In this document: positions 34,801 through 43,793 of the stretch, piece after piece
Numbering within the stretch: the first letter of the stretch is position 1
How the letters are laid out: each line of letters begins with the position of its first letter
Source: Mantamonas sphyraenae STR306
Lineage: Eukaryota; Protista; CRuMs
Reading direction: 5' to 3'
Length of the DNA stretch: 64,000 nt
NCBI GenBank assembly: GCA_026936335.1
Contig: JAPMXV010000001.1
Coordinates: 1-64,000 of the forward strand
Program-made: the position numbers and the translations under genes
The notes under the pieces: model-generated
The model's database searches: none
Told to the model about the DNA's origin: nothing
The model's input: only the letters and a program-made list of their open reading frames with translations

Positions 34801-37800
34801 GTGCAGAAGCGCAAGCAGTTCCATCATGTGGCACACGTCTGCCTTGCGCGTGCGCTGTTCCGTGTGCATGTTGTCCACAATGCGTGTCATTTCGTCTTGG
34901 ATCAAGTGCAGCGTGTGCAGAACCAGCGTGCGCGACGCGCTCTCCTCCACGGCCTCGTACTCGTCTGCGTTCTGGCAAGCACGCACAGCAAGCAGCGAAA
35001 ACAGGTTGTAGCTGCTGGTCTGCAGCAGTACTTCCAGGTACTGCCTGTTCACCTCCTCTGCAGTCAAGCCAGACCTCTCCAGGAACATGTGGTCCAGCAC
35101 GCGCGCCTCGTTCTCTGCCTCTTCCTTGGCCGCCTGGGCTTCCAGCGCCTTTGTCTCCTGCTCCTTCGCCATGAGCCTTCGTCGGCGACGCATGCGCCTG
35201 CGTGCATTCTTGCTTAGGCTCTTCCACCCATCTGTGCCGGGCTCGATCAGGCCGTCGTTGGCCTTGTCCTTGCCCTTGTCCTTGTCCTGCGTCTCGCCAA
35301 CCGTTTGCGTCAACGTTTCCTTGGCATCCTGAAGCTGGAAGAGGGCGTCCAGAAGCACATCTTCCTTCTGCACAACCATCGAGTGCGACGTAGCTTTGAG
35401 TAGCGGGTCTGCCGCAAGGATTTCGTCCAGAGTGTCCAGCAGCCCGACCTCCAGCAGGAAATCGTGCTGAAGCGCCGGAAAGTCCAGGTTGTACGCCTTC
35501 ATGATAAGCAACTTGACCTGCATGCTGATTTCCGTGCTGCCCAAAAGTCTGGTCATGCGCTTGTACACGGCAAAGAAGGCCTCGCGTGTCTGTTCACTCA
35601 CAACGACGCCGCAGCCCTGGATGCCATGCATGTAGTGCGTCTTGATGCACTCGGTGCGTGCGAGCACATCGGTGACGCTGAGAAGGCCGTCGTTTGTACG
35701 CACGCTGAGCAGACGCGCCAGGCACGACATGCCTGTCAGGCGTCGCTCACCGCGCAGACGTCGCAGCTCAAACACTTCGTACAGCTCTTGGGTGCGCACT
35801 GAAGATTGCAGGAAGGAGAGAGTCGACGAGGCAATGCTCGAATGCACTGCGTGGGCGTGCGAGTCAAAACCCGCCTTGCTGATGTCCTGCCACAGGGCAA
35901 AGAAGAAGCGCATCCTGCGAGCCCCCTCGGTCAGCTTGCGTTCCTTCTCCACATCCGCACGCATGGCGTCCAGGTTGGTCACTGCGCCAGAAGTTGTGCG
36001 CGGCAGATGGCCAGCCACCATGCTGGTGGTCACGTTGCCCGACACTGTGCGAATGAGCTGCGGACCCGCGGTGCGCGTAGGCGCAACCGCGCCCGAAACA
36101 GTGCGCGACAGACCACCCGCAACGGCGTTGCTCATGCCACTCTTGGTGCGGCTCAGAGTGCGTGTCAGCGAGCCTTGCGTCTGCAGCTGCGAGCCCGTGC
36201 CCGACGGCTGCCGTTGCAGCGACAGAGTGCGTGACGTCGAGCTCAGGCTGCCGCCAGCCGAGTCCAGCGACTCGGACGCAGACGACTCGGTGTCGTCCAG
36301 GCGCGGCGCAACCCAAGTGGGCACCACCTCCATCAGGAAGCGTGCCCGTTCGGCCACGCGTTTCTCCAGGTCCTCGTAGCTCTCCTCGTCTTCGTTGCGC
36401 TTCTTGGCACACCACAGATACAGCGTGTGTGCTTTGGACCACATCTTTTCAAACTGGTACATCGTTGTGTCGTCCACGTCGCCGCCCGTAGCCCAGATGG
36501 CCACGTCGTTGGCGGTGCCGCTCATGTGCACCGTGGCGGCGAGCAGATGCCGGATCGCGCTCCACAGGTGAGGGTTCTTGCTCACGATGCGCTTGCGCTT
36601 GAACGTCTTTTTCAGCTGCGCAATAAACGTCTTGCCGATGTCTGTCTCGTGCACAATGGCTTGCAGCACCATTTCCGCAGCCTCGCGCTCCTGGCGCTCA
36701 AATTCGTCCTGCGGCGGGTTGAGATCGCGCAGACCACCCACCAGCAGACGCGACTCGATCCAGTCCAGCAGACGCGACTCTGTGTCCTGCACGTCCACGG
36801 TCATGAGCATGGCGCACAGCTCGGTGCTCATCAGAACCACCGTCTTGTACACGTCCAACAGCCAGCCGCGCACTCCGGTGCCGCCCAGCTTCTCCATGTC
36901 CAGGACAAACAACGCGTCGAGGCTTTCGACCAGTTCCGTGGACGCCTCCACGATGTCCTGCACCTCGCTGAGCATGTCTTGCTCGCGCAGAAGCAGCAGG
37001 CACGTGGCCACAAAGGGCACCAGCTCGCCCACCAGCGAGGTTTTCAGCACCGTGTTGGCAAAGTGCACACGCTCTTGCACAGGCTGATCGTTGTTGCCCA
37101 ACTCGCGCACGTGCCACTGCATGACCTTTTTCAGGATGCGGGTGGCGCCGTTCATCACCAGGCGCACGACACGTTGCAGCATGTGCATGCGTGCGTCGCG
37201 CACAGCTGTGCTCACTGCCTGCTCGGACACAAGCACGAGCACGGTCTGCACAACTGCACTCAGTGTGCTCAAGTACTCGCGCGGTGCCGTGCTGGCTTGC
37301 GCCTCGCGCTGCTCTTTGCTCAGGTGCAACCCGACTGCCAGGACGTCAGAGATGTGCTCTTCAGCCATTTGCACAATGGTGTCCACCACCAGGAGGACGT
37401 TTTTGGTCGGCGGCATCTGATCCTCGGCGCCTCCGTGGACGAGCTGCACAAGGGCTTCGGGCTCACGGTATTCAGACATGAGTGTTTCCAGAAGCGCAGC
37501 TCGGCCCGGACGGTCACGCACAAAGTGCTTGCCGTACGTTTGGCGCTCGGACAGCAGGCTCCCGAGAAGGCTTGCACGAAGGTTTGCGTCGGGGAATTCG
37601 CGCAGGGCACGCGACGCCTCCAGCTCTACGGTGTGCGTCAGGCGTGCGCTCTCTGCACTCACTTGTTCGGGTGATGCACCTGCGTTGGCGCCCACTGCAG
37701 CCTTGCCCTTGCCCTTGGCGCCGCCCTTTTCGGCGGCGTGGGCCACGGCCTCTCTGTGCTGCACAACGGCGCGCACGTCCAGAGCACCAAGGTACAGTTC

Positions 37801-40419
37801 TTGCAACTCGCTCATGACGCTGGTTGCACGAAGCATAGCTTGCGTCTTTGCGTCGTGGCCGTTCACAACCACGGCGGCGACGTGCGTAAGGTCAATGTCG
37901 GAAATCAGCAGTTGGTGCTGGTGCACCTGCAGGAAGCGCAGTGCACGCACAACCACCTCCAGGGCCTGGTTCAGTGCCACATCGCTCGTCTCGTCGCCTG
38001 CACGCACCGTCGCCATTGCAGTCTTCAAGATGGCCAACAGATGCTCAAATGGTTCCAGGTGCACGTCGTACGACAGCGGGCCACGCATGCTGGAGGTGTC
38101 CACCACAACGGGCAGCGAACCAGCGAGGATTTCCTGAGCAGGCTCCAGCAGACGGTCCATGAGCTGCAGCGCAAAGGTGTACGGCGACTCGGTCCACACG
38201 GCGAGTTCGTTTGCCTTGGCCTTGCCCTTGACATCGCTGTCGTCGGGTTTGCTAAAGGCGTTGATGGAGCTGAGGTCGTCGTCGTCTGTGCTGGCGGCCG
38301 GCTTGACCTGGAAGCCCAGTTGTTCCACGACCTTGACTGGCTTGACCTTCTTGATGGGCGTGTTGCCCAAAAAGGCTTTGAGAGTATCCATGTGCAAGGG
38401 TTTCAGGGTGACGGGCCTGAGCACCATGGGAGACCCAGAGCCCACTGTCCACGAACAATGAGAGCGATGGTCGACCTTGGCCGTGAACTCGGTCCACGCG
38501 TGCGGGTCGCCCATGTTTTCTTGAAAGTAGATTTCGTCGCCAAAGCCCACTGTGTACAGGCCGGATGAGCCTGCCGGGAAGTGGATGGCCTTGCACTCGG
38601 GGCACTCCAGAAAGACGTGGGACATGGAGCCACACCCGTCGGTGAAGCGGCTAAAGTTGATGTGCGTGAGCTCCTTGGGGCCGATAAACATCCAGTGGAT
38701 CACGTTGGGTCCACCGCAGGAACGGCACATGGGTGTGTTGATGGTGCTGCTGCGGCAGCCGTCGACAGCGCAGCCGAGAGCAAAGCGCGTGTGGCCTTCG
38801 TGGCGCACGGAAAACAAGTAGTCGTGCTCTTCGCAACGAGGCACCTCCATCTCGCAGCAGTTTTCACAAATGAGGAAAGCCACACGACGTTCGTTGTCCG
38901 CCGGTTGGTTCTTCTTGTGCTTGTGCTTGCCATGCTTGTGCTTGTGCTCATGGTCGTCCTCGTTCCCGTGCTTGACCTGCTCCTGGTGTTGCGTCTGCGT
39001 GCGGCTGATCTGCACAGTGGGCATTTCAGACAAGAGCGCGGTGGCGTTCACCATGGGTGCGTGCTGGTCAAGGAGGTTGGTGCGTTCGGTGGCGGCAGAG
39101 TGTGCGCCGAGCAGATGGCGCACGAGCTCGAGAAAGAGGGAAACGTGGCCCTGCTTGAGCGCCAGCTCGTACACAAGCACCAGGGCCTCGCGCTGCTTGT
39201 CGACGTCGTCGAGGCTGTGCAGCACGTCGTAGGCAAAGGCAGTGATGCGTTGGACCAACTGGCGCACGGGTGTGCTGAGGCTGGACAGACTGAGCGGGGC
39301 ATACTTGGGCGCCGCAACGACAGCCAGCATGGAGGAGAACACTGTGTCCAGGAGGACGCGGTGCTCCGAGTTGTCAACCACGACCGTGTCGACGAGCGAC
39401 TGCATGGCGGTGGCAACAAAGGTAAACTGCGCAGCCACGTTTTGCTCTGCGGTGGTCGAGTCCAGCAGGCGCCCGTGCTTGTTTGTGCGGTCGCTGTGGA
39501 GCTTGAACACAATGCGGTTGTTGACAATGAGCAGCCGCTGAGCGAGGATGCCCAAGCAGAGCTTGCGCAGGGCCAGCACGGCGTTGTACTGCTCGTCCTG
39601 GATGATCAGGTCTGCCTGCTCGCGCAGGAGACGCTGGTAGGCCAGGTTCGCAGCGACCTCACTCTCGGCGGACATTTCCACCATCATGGCCTGCGTGCGC
39701 ACGTTGATGTCTGTGTTGAGCGCACGAAGGACCATGAGCAGATTCTTGGGGATAAACTCCTCAAACGTGTTTGCAACAAGAATGGGCTCGAGCGGTTCCG
39801 TTTGCAATCCGCCTTGCGCGCCCTGCTGCCCTTCAGTCGTTGTCATGTCTGTCCCGGTGTCAGAGGCATTCGCTGCGCGTCGTCGTTGCCAGATGTCGCG
39901 CGGGTTGCTCTTGAGAGGCACGTCCTCTTGGCTGATGCCGAACGTGGACAGCACCTCGGAGATGGCCTTGCGCTTGAAGAGCTTGCGTGTGTCAAAGCCC
40001 ACGAGCTGGATGTCGTCGGCCGAGAGCTCCATGTGCTCTGCACCGGTTCCCTGCATGGTGCCCTCTCCGTACTTGCGCAGGAGCGTATCGTAGTCGATCT
40101 GGTTGGACCAGCCGTCGCCGCTTGCCCAAGCGTGCGCGGCGTCTGTGCTTGCTGACCCACTGGACTGGGTCTCGTAGAAAGAGTCCATCTCGCTAAAGAG
40201 CCCCGTCAGCATGCCGCCTGCGTCTTCTTCGCTGGAATTCGAGTCGATGGAGGCGGTGCGGCCATGGCGGGACCCATGGCTGTGGCGGTGCGAGCGGTGG
40301 CTATGGTGATGGCGCCCGCTTGTGTGTTGGTCCTGGGCGCGGGAGGCCGACGTGGCCTCGTGTGTGTTTGCGCCTCCTCCGCTTGCTGCTGAGCCGTCAC
40401 CGCTCTGTGCGTTTCCCAT
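28804..40419 (-). CDS. Giant (~3870 aa) HECT E3 ubiquitin ligase with HERC/HECTD4-type HECT, apparently intronless
   Basis: FIGEGSEDAGGPYRES, FLKFVWGRTRLP, catalytic PVAHTCFF. MGNAQSG myristoylation-type start. CUB-like (TGHPY..HWGFKLQV) and LamG-like regions. Confidence 0.95.
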   Translation of the reverse strand: MGNAQSGDGSAASGGGANTHEATSASRAQDQHTSGRHHHSHRSHRHSHGSRHGRTASIDSNSSEEDAGGMLTGLFSEMDSFYETQSSGSASTDAAHAWASGDGWSNQIDYDTLLRKYGEGTMQGTGAEHMELSADDIQLVGFDTRKLFKRKAISEVLSTFGISQEDVPLKSNPRDIWQRRRAANASDTGTDMTTTEGQQGAQGGLQTEPLEPILVANTFEEFIPKNLLMVLRALNTDINVRTQAMMVEMSAESEVAANLAYQRLLREQADLIIQDEQYNAVLALRKLCLGILAQRLLIVNNRIVFKLHSDRTNKHGRLLDSTTAEQNVAAQFTFVATAMQSLVDTVVVDNSEHRVLLDTVFSSMLAVVAAPKYAPLSLSSLSTPVRQLVQRITAFAYDVLHSLDDVDKQREALVLVYELALKQGHVSLFLELVRHLLGAHSAATERTNLLDQHAPMVNATALLSEMPTVQISRTQTQHQEQVKHGNEDDHEHKHKHGKHKHKKNQPADNERRVAFLICENCCEMEVPRCEEHDYLFSVRHEGHTRFALGCAVDGCRSSTINTPMCRSCGGPNVIHWMFIGPKELTHINFSRFTDGCGSMSHVFLECPECKAIHFPAGSSGLYTVGFGDEIYFQENMGDPHAWTEFTAKVDHRSHCSWTVGSGSPMVLRPVTLKPLHMDTLKAFLGNTPIKKVKPVKVVEQLGFQVKPAASTDDDDLSSINAFSKPDDSDVKGKAKANELAVWTESPYTFALQLMDRLLEPAQEILAGSLPVVVDTSSMRGPLSYDVHLEPFEHLLAILKTAMATVRAGDETSDVALNQALEVVVRALRFLQVHQHQLLISDIDLTHVAAVVVNGHDAKTQAMLRATSVMSELQELYLGALDVRAVVQHREAVAHAAEKGGAKGKGKAAVGANAGASPEQVSAESARLTHTVELEASRALREFPDANLRASLLGSLLSERQTYGKHFVRDRPGRAALLETLMSEYREPEALVQLVHGGAEDQMPPTKNVLLVVDTIVQMAEEHISDVLAVGLHLSKEQREAQASTAPREYLSTLSAVVQTVLVLVSEQAVSTAVRDARMHMLQRVVRLVMNGATRILKKVMQWHVRELGNNDQPVQERVHFANTVLKTSLVGELVPFVATCLLLLREQDMLSEVQDIVEASTELVESLDALFVLDMEKLGGTGVRGWLLDVYKTVVLMSTELCAMLMTVDVQDTESRLLDWIESRLLVGGLRDLNPPQDEFERQEREAAEMVLQAIVHETDIGKTFIAQLKKTFKRKRIVSKNPHLWSAIRHLLAATVHMSGTANDVAIWATGGDVDDTTMYQFEKMWSKAHTLYLWCAKKRNEDEESYEDLEKRVAERARFLMEVVPTWVAPRLDDTESSASESLDSAGGSLSSTSRTLSLQRQPSGTGSQLQTQGSLTRTLSRTKSGMSNAVAGGLSRTVSGAVAPTRTAGPQLIRTVSGNVTTSMVAGHLPRTTSGAVTNLDAMRADVEKERKLTEGARRMRFFFALWQDISKAGFDSHAHAVHSSIASSTLSFLQSSVRTQELYEVFELRRLRGERRLTGMSCLARLLSVRTNDGLLSVTDVLARTECIKTHYMHGIQGCGVVVSEQTREAFFAVYKRMTRLLGSTEISMQVKLLIMKAYNLDFPALQHDFLLEVGLLDTLDEILAADPLLKATSHSMVVQKEDVLLDALFQLQDAKETLTQTVGETQDKDKGKDKANDGLIEPGTDGWKSLSKNARRRMRRRRRLMAKEQETKALEAQAAKEEAENEARVLDHMFLERSGLTAEEVNRQYLEVLLQTSSYNLFSLLAVRACQNADEYEAVEESASRTLVLHTLHLIQDEMTRIVDNMHTEQRTRKADVCHMMELLALLHTLASPSHLIRGMIGTRSWMRLYYLILQATHQHERCSVWTNGLFRIMGLAFSHEDAQPDENLVVFLFNQIARTWAGLHPFWNHTHERLLNKDASDSLVDEELLREFDMSLGHSDEPESQGGSSSSSGGGGGGGVGGSGGVKGGKGKTKRDSKQSSTAKKGKGTLEDLDGFVLTHEQAMSDRALANECALLLRKVLQGDKWRDIVMPKLLGAWRMLPAFVDGFEEASGEWSQEQTDGQDEEWQMNVLAIPAVLTVLGGLQEHLRLGATVVVDADGVVSQGTVVYYHPGKTKCKVLLDFTASQGVVKNIPLEQLRPVHRFSPQDVAHFEASSDNFEPFHYLMHNMEEMRTETPLSTALRAAMFQALANVMESSEWAQLCIDQQALNTMIECALQPSFTKKNDWVPVEEAEAKAVALQMLLAQTQTMYALKMRPHDMRDQELEKKVKAARTRGAAHMVVDSSVAEEMHNTWRSESDRDAAALRATGGVTTVELPSESTGSSSSSSSSSSSSSSSSLASLSSGGDSTSQDKEADSGGSSTGNTARDFVGANVEKEYGDLAMLSSAEAFSKTMMRVFSMLKDYHARTVLINLVTNWPKQLPLSDLIGAHDSGDWYYRLLKLMDADPSHGRGVAMVNRLLDQLKVIMDVQVSSDASPSEGEGEGARHAKKTQDTPIGELLEGDGDEEVLDEAQEEEGKDAKGKGKAKMGFEVVGQWLGLTQEENSAESQESGVTQTTESTWYTVQDGSVTSTDTLSGVDVGLAMACAADLCDQSSRGAKSVSTGHPYTGKDAISSRSIHMKNASKMQVIFHASCATHKDDQVEFYDGNNNLLRRVGGPSPTDWASFSVPGSRVHIKFNPGHKHTSHWGFKLQVVPLYHDARANPAEAMYLPNKKLAVRVLSLLADVGSRAFYNQDMLVQLSNGLGTWDLQVRTQVIKLLCRWLYHLEQFTPASVMPDLSSLEAPMEYMVSLQTQEKHNPTHSAMVQELFELSVAMETAQDAITKRVERNEQARKAKEEHERLMELKAAKKKAKESGENEQQEDAQEEEEEVQPQTTEEVLARLPPVDQVLLECLRDLCVAGAVSMSSVHQKFRKYNEGTLWKHSFSLDYGPMEKYLRRNKLLYKITTKSKKRKKGRGSHGSTVHQETWVDLSEATMRMLQGEIDQFLTLQRQLEESRAMKELLEEHEDHGLFSQSHEVLDFFGDVGGDGQGKSSSSSSSSSGSSGSSGAGSSTGPRQKLWENGDYFKHGYPSSGNLSNWNLSDRGFKHRGSVYVSNVSGATVGTAYSMGEEFEALKLTSNSTLHVRHGLPATPAGSAKVNSYTLLMDIILPPSQAEENIVLMRTDITGASGVFLRGSTGALCVGSTWSTNAVPYNKLVRLGITFDQASNTMRGYLDGELLVESAVYSGVDGADALNDEFLILGKMDHVKSTAGYLTHMQVRDFAMSKEEIATMGGPTRKPIGTQDTRRWFTRYALDLRSDLHRLVSEREQLALYQEVMVLCTRYAAKKGVKVSNMNNNAFREKQFSVLVQENSGEYKRAAALDVMEIRDKFRDMVKLSKRVQRLLPFTNAEFANEGWSMSAMVLQFKGAMCADIRQSRFLTKLSSTNSQSSRPEINVSRPQAMFAKESGRVKGSLMHQVNEKLRTENVEALRQDGRMYRINFIGEGSEDAGGPYRESMQDLMAEFQAPEFPMMIRTPNGQANVGDERDKFILKPSSTSSTHLQLYELLGMLMGSAIRTKNYLDLNLSKTVWKRLVGEEVTIEDLYSMDQMCFQCLKGILDIEKEGVDAETFAQVFDEVFVTTLSDGRRVELKPNGANIPLTFENRHEYVRLVREVREKECAAQIEAVLYGLGLLVPVGQLNWFTWQELEMAVCGEPTVDVAMLKRTAETGYGVSDQTVRFFWQVFEDFSESDKRLFLKFVWGRTRLPATDADFDRRFKIDQLSGSNPDSRMPVAHTCFFSVDMPNYSSVDIMRQRIQFAIRNCTSIDGDFMTDNNSSWGEDSRWR

Positions 40420-41030
40420 GGTCGGGTAGGTGCTCTGTGCGCATGTGTGAGCAAAGCATGTGTTGTGTCGCTTGTGTGTCAGCCTCGTGCCGTCCCGTCC
40501 CATGCATGGGTGCATGGGCCTGCGGTGCCAGGCTGCGAGAGGGCACCGCAAAAATCGGGCAAGCCACTTCAAAGAGGAGCCTCTCTGGCCTCCACCGTGC
40601 ATTTTTTTCTCCCGGCCAGACTTTTTCAGCGAAAAGCCATGGCCGGCTCACGGTGGCATGCAATGGCGCCACAGGCCCAGGCCATGGGCAGGAAAAGGTG
40701 CAACGGTGGGACATGAGGACGACATGGACATCCGGCGGGAGTTGTGCAGGTACTCACCTGGGTGTCGGCAACAAGAAAGGATGTGCCCAGATGCGCGGCA
40801 CAAAACCCCTGCACGAAACTGCCACATCATGACATAGCATGGCCACAGGACATTCTTTCGGATGGACAAGGTGATCGACCAGTCTGTGGTCATGACGCAG
40901 AGCAGATCACCATCTGCGCAGGCTGCGGCAAGCAAACTCCCGCACCGTTCACTACACCAGACTCGGATCCCGGGGAAGTGCTAGCACGTCCACATTTTTG
41001 CATTAACCCCGTAGTCACAGCCTGTGTACC

Positions 41031-42449
41031 ATGGGACAACTTTGTTCGCGACGCTCTCGAGGAGAGCTGTACGTGCCGGGCGAAGCAGCGATTGCCGACG
41101 AGCCACAGAGCATCACATCGGTGGACAACGTCCTGCAGCTGCCATTGGAGGTTCTACAACGCATCTTTGCGATGTTGGATGCCCGGACAAAGCTGCGCTG
41201 CCTGAAAGTGAGCCAGGAGATGCGAGAGATCCTGCACGCGCCGGAGTTCTGGGAGGAACTCGACCTGTCGCCGTATCACGAGCAGCTGGGAGACCAGGCC
41301 CTGTTCCAACTTACAGACAAGAAGAAGGGTGCGGGCAAGGTTTGTGCGCTGGTGCAGCGGCTGGACATCCACGGCTGTTCGTCGGTGACGGACATTGGCT
41401 TTGAGCTCGTGGGCAAGTACTTTGGCAACCTGCGCGAGCTGAACGCGTCCCACTGTAAAAAGATGACCGAGGTGGGCTTCACAGAAATGGCTGCTCGGCT
41501 GGACCAGCTGGAGGTGCTGGACATCTCCTACTGTAAAAAGGTGACGGGCGACGCGTTTGAAACGTTTGTCGAGTCGTGCTCGCCCCTGAAGCGCGTGACC
41601 ATGTACCACTGCGACTCGCTGGGCGACCGCGCCCTGGAAATGCTGGGCCTGTTTCCCACCCTGACGCACCTGGATGTGGGTGCGTGCAAGAAGCTGACGG
41701 ACTTTGGTGTGACACACGCGTGCCGCAACCGTTCCTTGCACAAGTTCAACATTTCGCAGTGCACCAAACTCACCGACGAGGCTGTGGAGTCCATTGCACA
41801 GAACCCACATCTGATGGACGTCAATCTTGTGGGATGCAGCAAGGTGACGGACGCGGCGCTGGTCTCGTTGGGCACAAACTGCGCCTACCTGCGCGAGTTT
41901 CGTGTGGAAGGCTCCGACAAAATCACGGACGTGGGCATCCAGGCAGTGGCTTTGGGATGCCCTCACTTGTATACGCTCGAACTGCGGCGGTGCGTGCGAC
42001 TGACCGACGCGTCCATGAGAGACATCGGCAGCAGCTGCACTGAATTGCGCAATCTTGCCTTGTCCCGCTGCAGGTACATCACCGACGAGGGGTTGCAGGC
42101 GCTTAGTGAACTGGCCAACCTTCGTACCCTGGAACTGCACGACTGCTCCCGCATCACAGACAGCGGCGCTGCCGTGATCGGCCAATGTTTCCCTCGTCTG
42201 GTGAAGCTGGATCTCAGTGGATGCACAAAACTGACAAACGGCACCCTTTACTCGCTTGTCGACCGCTGCCCCAAGCTGGAGGAGCTCAACGTGAGTGGAT
42301 GCAGCATGAACGACGAGGCCAAAGACGAGGTCGCCAGCTTGCTGCCAATGCTGCACGTGTTTGAACGCGGTGCAGACGACGAAACAGTGGCCCAGATTGC
42401 GCGAAATGCCAGCCATGGCCACGCGAGCGAAGACGAAGAGAGTGATTGA
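41031..42449 (+). CDS. F-box/LRR protein (FBXL, cysteine-containing LRRs)
   Basis: LPLEVLQRIFAML F-box, many CxxxTD LRR_CC repeats, MGQLCS acylation-type N-terminus. Confidence 0.95.
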   Translation: MGQLCSRRSRGELYVPGEAAIADEPQSITSVDNVLQLPLEVLQRIFAMLDARTKLRCLKVSQEMREILHAPEFWEELDLSPYHEQLGDQALFQLTDKKKGAGKVCALVQRLDIHGCSSVTDIGFELVGKYFGNLRELNASHCKKMTEVGFTEMAARLDQLEVLDISYCKKVTGDAFETFVESCSPLKRVTMYHCDSLGDRALEMLGLFPTLTHLDVGACKKLTDFGVTHACRNRSLHKFNISQCTKLTDEAVESIAQNPHLMDVNLVGCSKVTDAALVSLGTNCAYLREFRVEGSDKITDVGIQAVALGCPHLYTLELRRCVRLTDASMRDIGSSCTELRNLALSRCRYITDEGLQALSELANLRTLELHDCSRITDSGAAVIGQCFPRLVKLDLSGCTKLTNGTLYSLVDRCPKLEELNVSGCSMNDEAKDEVASLLPMLHVFERGADDETVAQIARNASHGHASEDEESD

Positions 42450-42492
42450 GGTGTTGATGCAGCAAAGCAGAGCGGGTCATCTGTCATCAACC

Positions 42493-43539
42493 TCATTTCC
42501 ACCATTCGTTGCCCAGCCACCGCAGCACACGATCCAACACCTCGTCTGGCAGCGTAATCCATCCTTCCCATCCATGCTCCTGCACATAGGCATCCATCCC
42601 GCCAGCGGCAAACATCACTTCGCGTTCATCCCCGTTCATCACCAGCGCCAGCTCTGTGGCCTCATCCATGGGTGTGCTCGCGCATGCCCACTGCTGTTTC
42701 TTGGATTGTTCCTTCATGCGAAGCACAGGTGCACCGATGAGCGCGTCCATCCCATCGAGATCTCGCCAGCTGTTGTTCCGGGCTGCGAGGTACACCTTTT
42801 GCTCCTCAGAGAGCAAACCCCTATACAATTCGGGGTCAAATACCTCTTGCAGCCTCTCCTGCTCCCAGTCTTCCATTGCAGCGCCTGCTTGGAGGAGAAC
42901 AAACGTCAACGGAGCCGAGTCGTACCCGTAGAGCGCCATGCCGAGAGGCGAGAAGCCATCACGATCATGACAGCCGTTCACGGCCGCACCCATCTCTGCA
43001 AGGGTTGCGAGCGCCCACGGGTGTCCCTCTTGCACGGCGTAGACGAGCGGCGTCGATTGCGCAACGTCTTCCCGTTCCAGCTCTGCGTCCAGTCCCAAGT
43101 CCAGAACCACCATCATCGCTTCCAAATCTCCGGCACCTGCAGCAGCATGCAGTGCGCTGAAGGTATCTTTGGCTGCGTGCACGTCGGCGCCGTGGTGTAG
43201 CAAAAGGCGCCACACTTCTCGTTGGTGGCTGTGGATGGATGCAGACAATGCTGACATGCGCCATTCATCCTCAAGTGCATCGACGTGTACTCCTGCCTGC
43301 AACAACGCGACCACGATGTCGACAAGGCCACGGCTGGCGGCAAACACGAGCGCCTGTGCACCCTCCCTTTGCGTCCACGAGCCTGCAGCGAGCGCATCCT
43401 GCAGTGCTGTCATGTTGCCGGAGGCCGCAACTGAACGGAGGTTGCTCACTGTGGCCGCAGTTCTGACCATTGATGTGGTGCATCGAGCGCGATGGCCCAG
43501 AACGAGGCAAGCGAAACGCAACACCGGCCACCATGTCAT
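42493..43539 (-). CDS. Ankyrin-repeat protein with a C-terminal F-box-like motif (start uncertain)
   Basis: SALHAAA, TPLVYAV, SPLGMAL, LLHHGADVHA ankyrin motifs. C-terminal LPDEVLDRVLRWL. Confidence 0.85.
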   Translation of the reverse strand: MTWWPVLRFACLVLGHRARCTTSMVRTAATVSNLRSVAASGNMTALQDALAAGSWTQREGAQALVFAASRGLVDIVVALLQAGVHVDALEDEWRMSALSASIHSHQREVWRLLLHHGADVHAAKDTFSALHAAAGAGDLEAMMVVLDLGLDAELEREDVAQSTPLVYAVQEGHPWALATLAEMGAAVNGCHDRDGFSPLGMALYGYDSAPLTFVLLQAGAAMEDWEQERLQEVFDPELYRGLLSEEQKVYLAARNNSWRDLDGMDALIGAPVLRMKEQSKKQQWACASTPMDEATELALVMNGDEREVMFAAGGMDAYVQEHGWEGWITLPDEVLDRVLRWLGNEWWK

Positions 43540-43793
43540 GGACAGACTGGAATGTGTGGCAAGTGGCTGCCAGCGGATCTTCGGTAGGTTGTTTTGTGTT
43601 TGGGGACGATGCCGTCCGGTGTGGTTGCCCTTCTGTGCGGGCCAAACTCGACCTCGCATTTCCCGAGAAAAGCCGGTGATCCAGCCGACCGACCGACCAC
43701 CGACCACCGACGGAGAACATAGCCAAGCTGACAGCCGCGTTCACCGGATGCCACGTACCCTTGATCGCCTTCTTGGGCGGACGATAGGATGAC

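Noticed and set aside
40420-41030. Small gene or ncRNA in the largest intergenic gap
   Set aside because: Only short motif-free ORFs are present and no recognisable RNA structure; most likely promoter/UTR.
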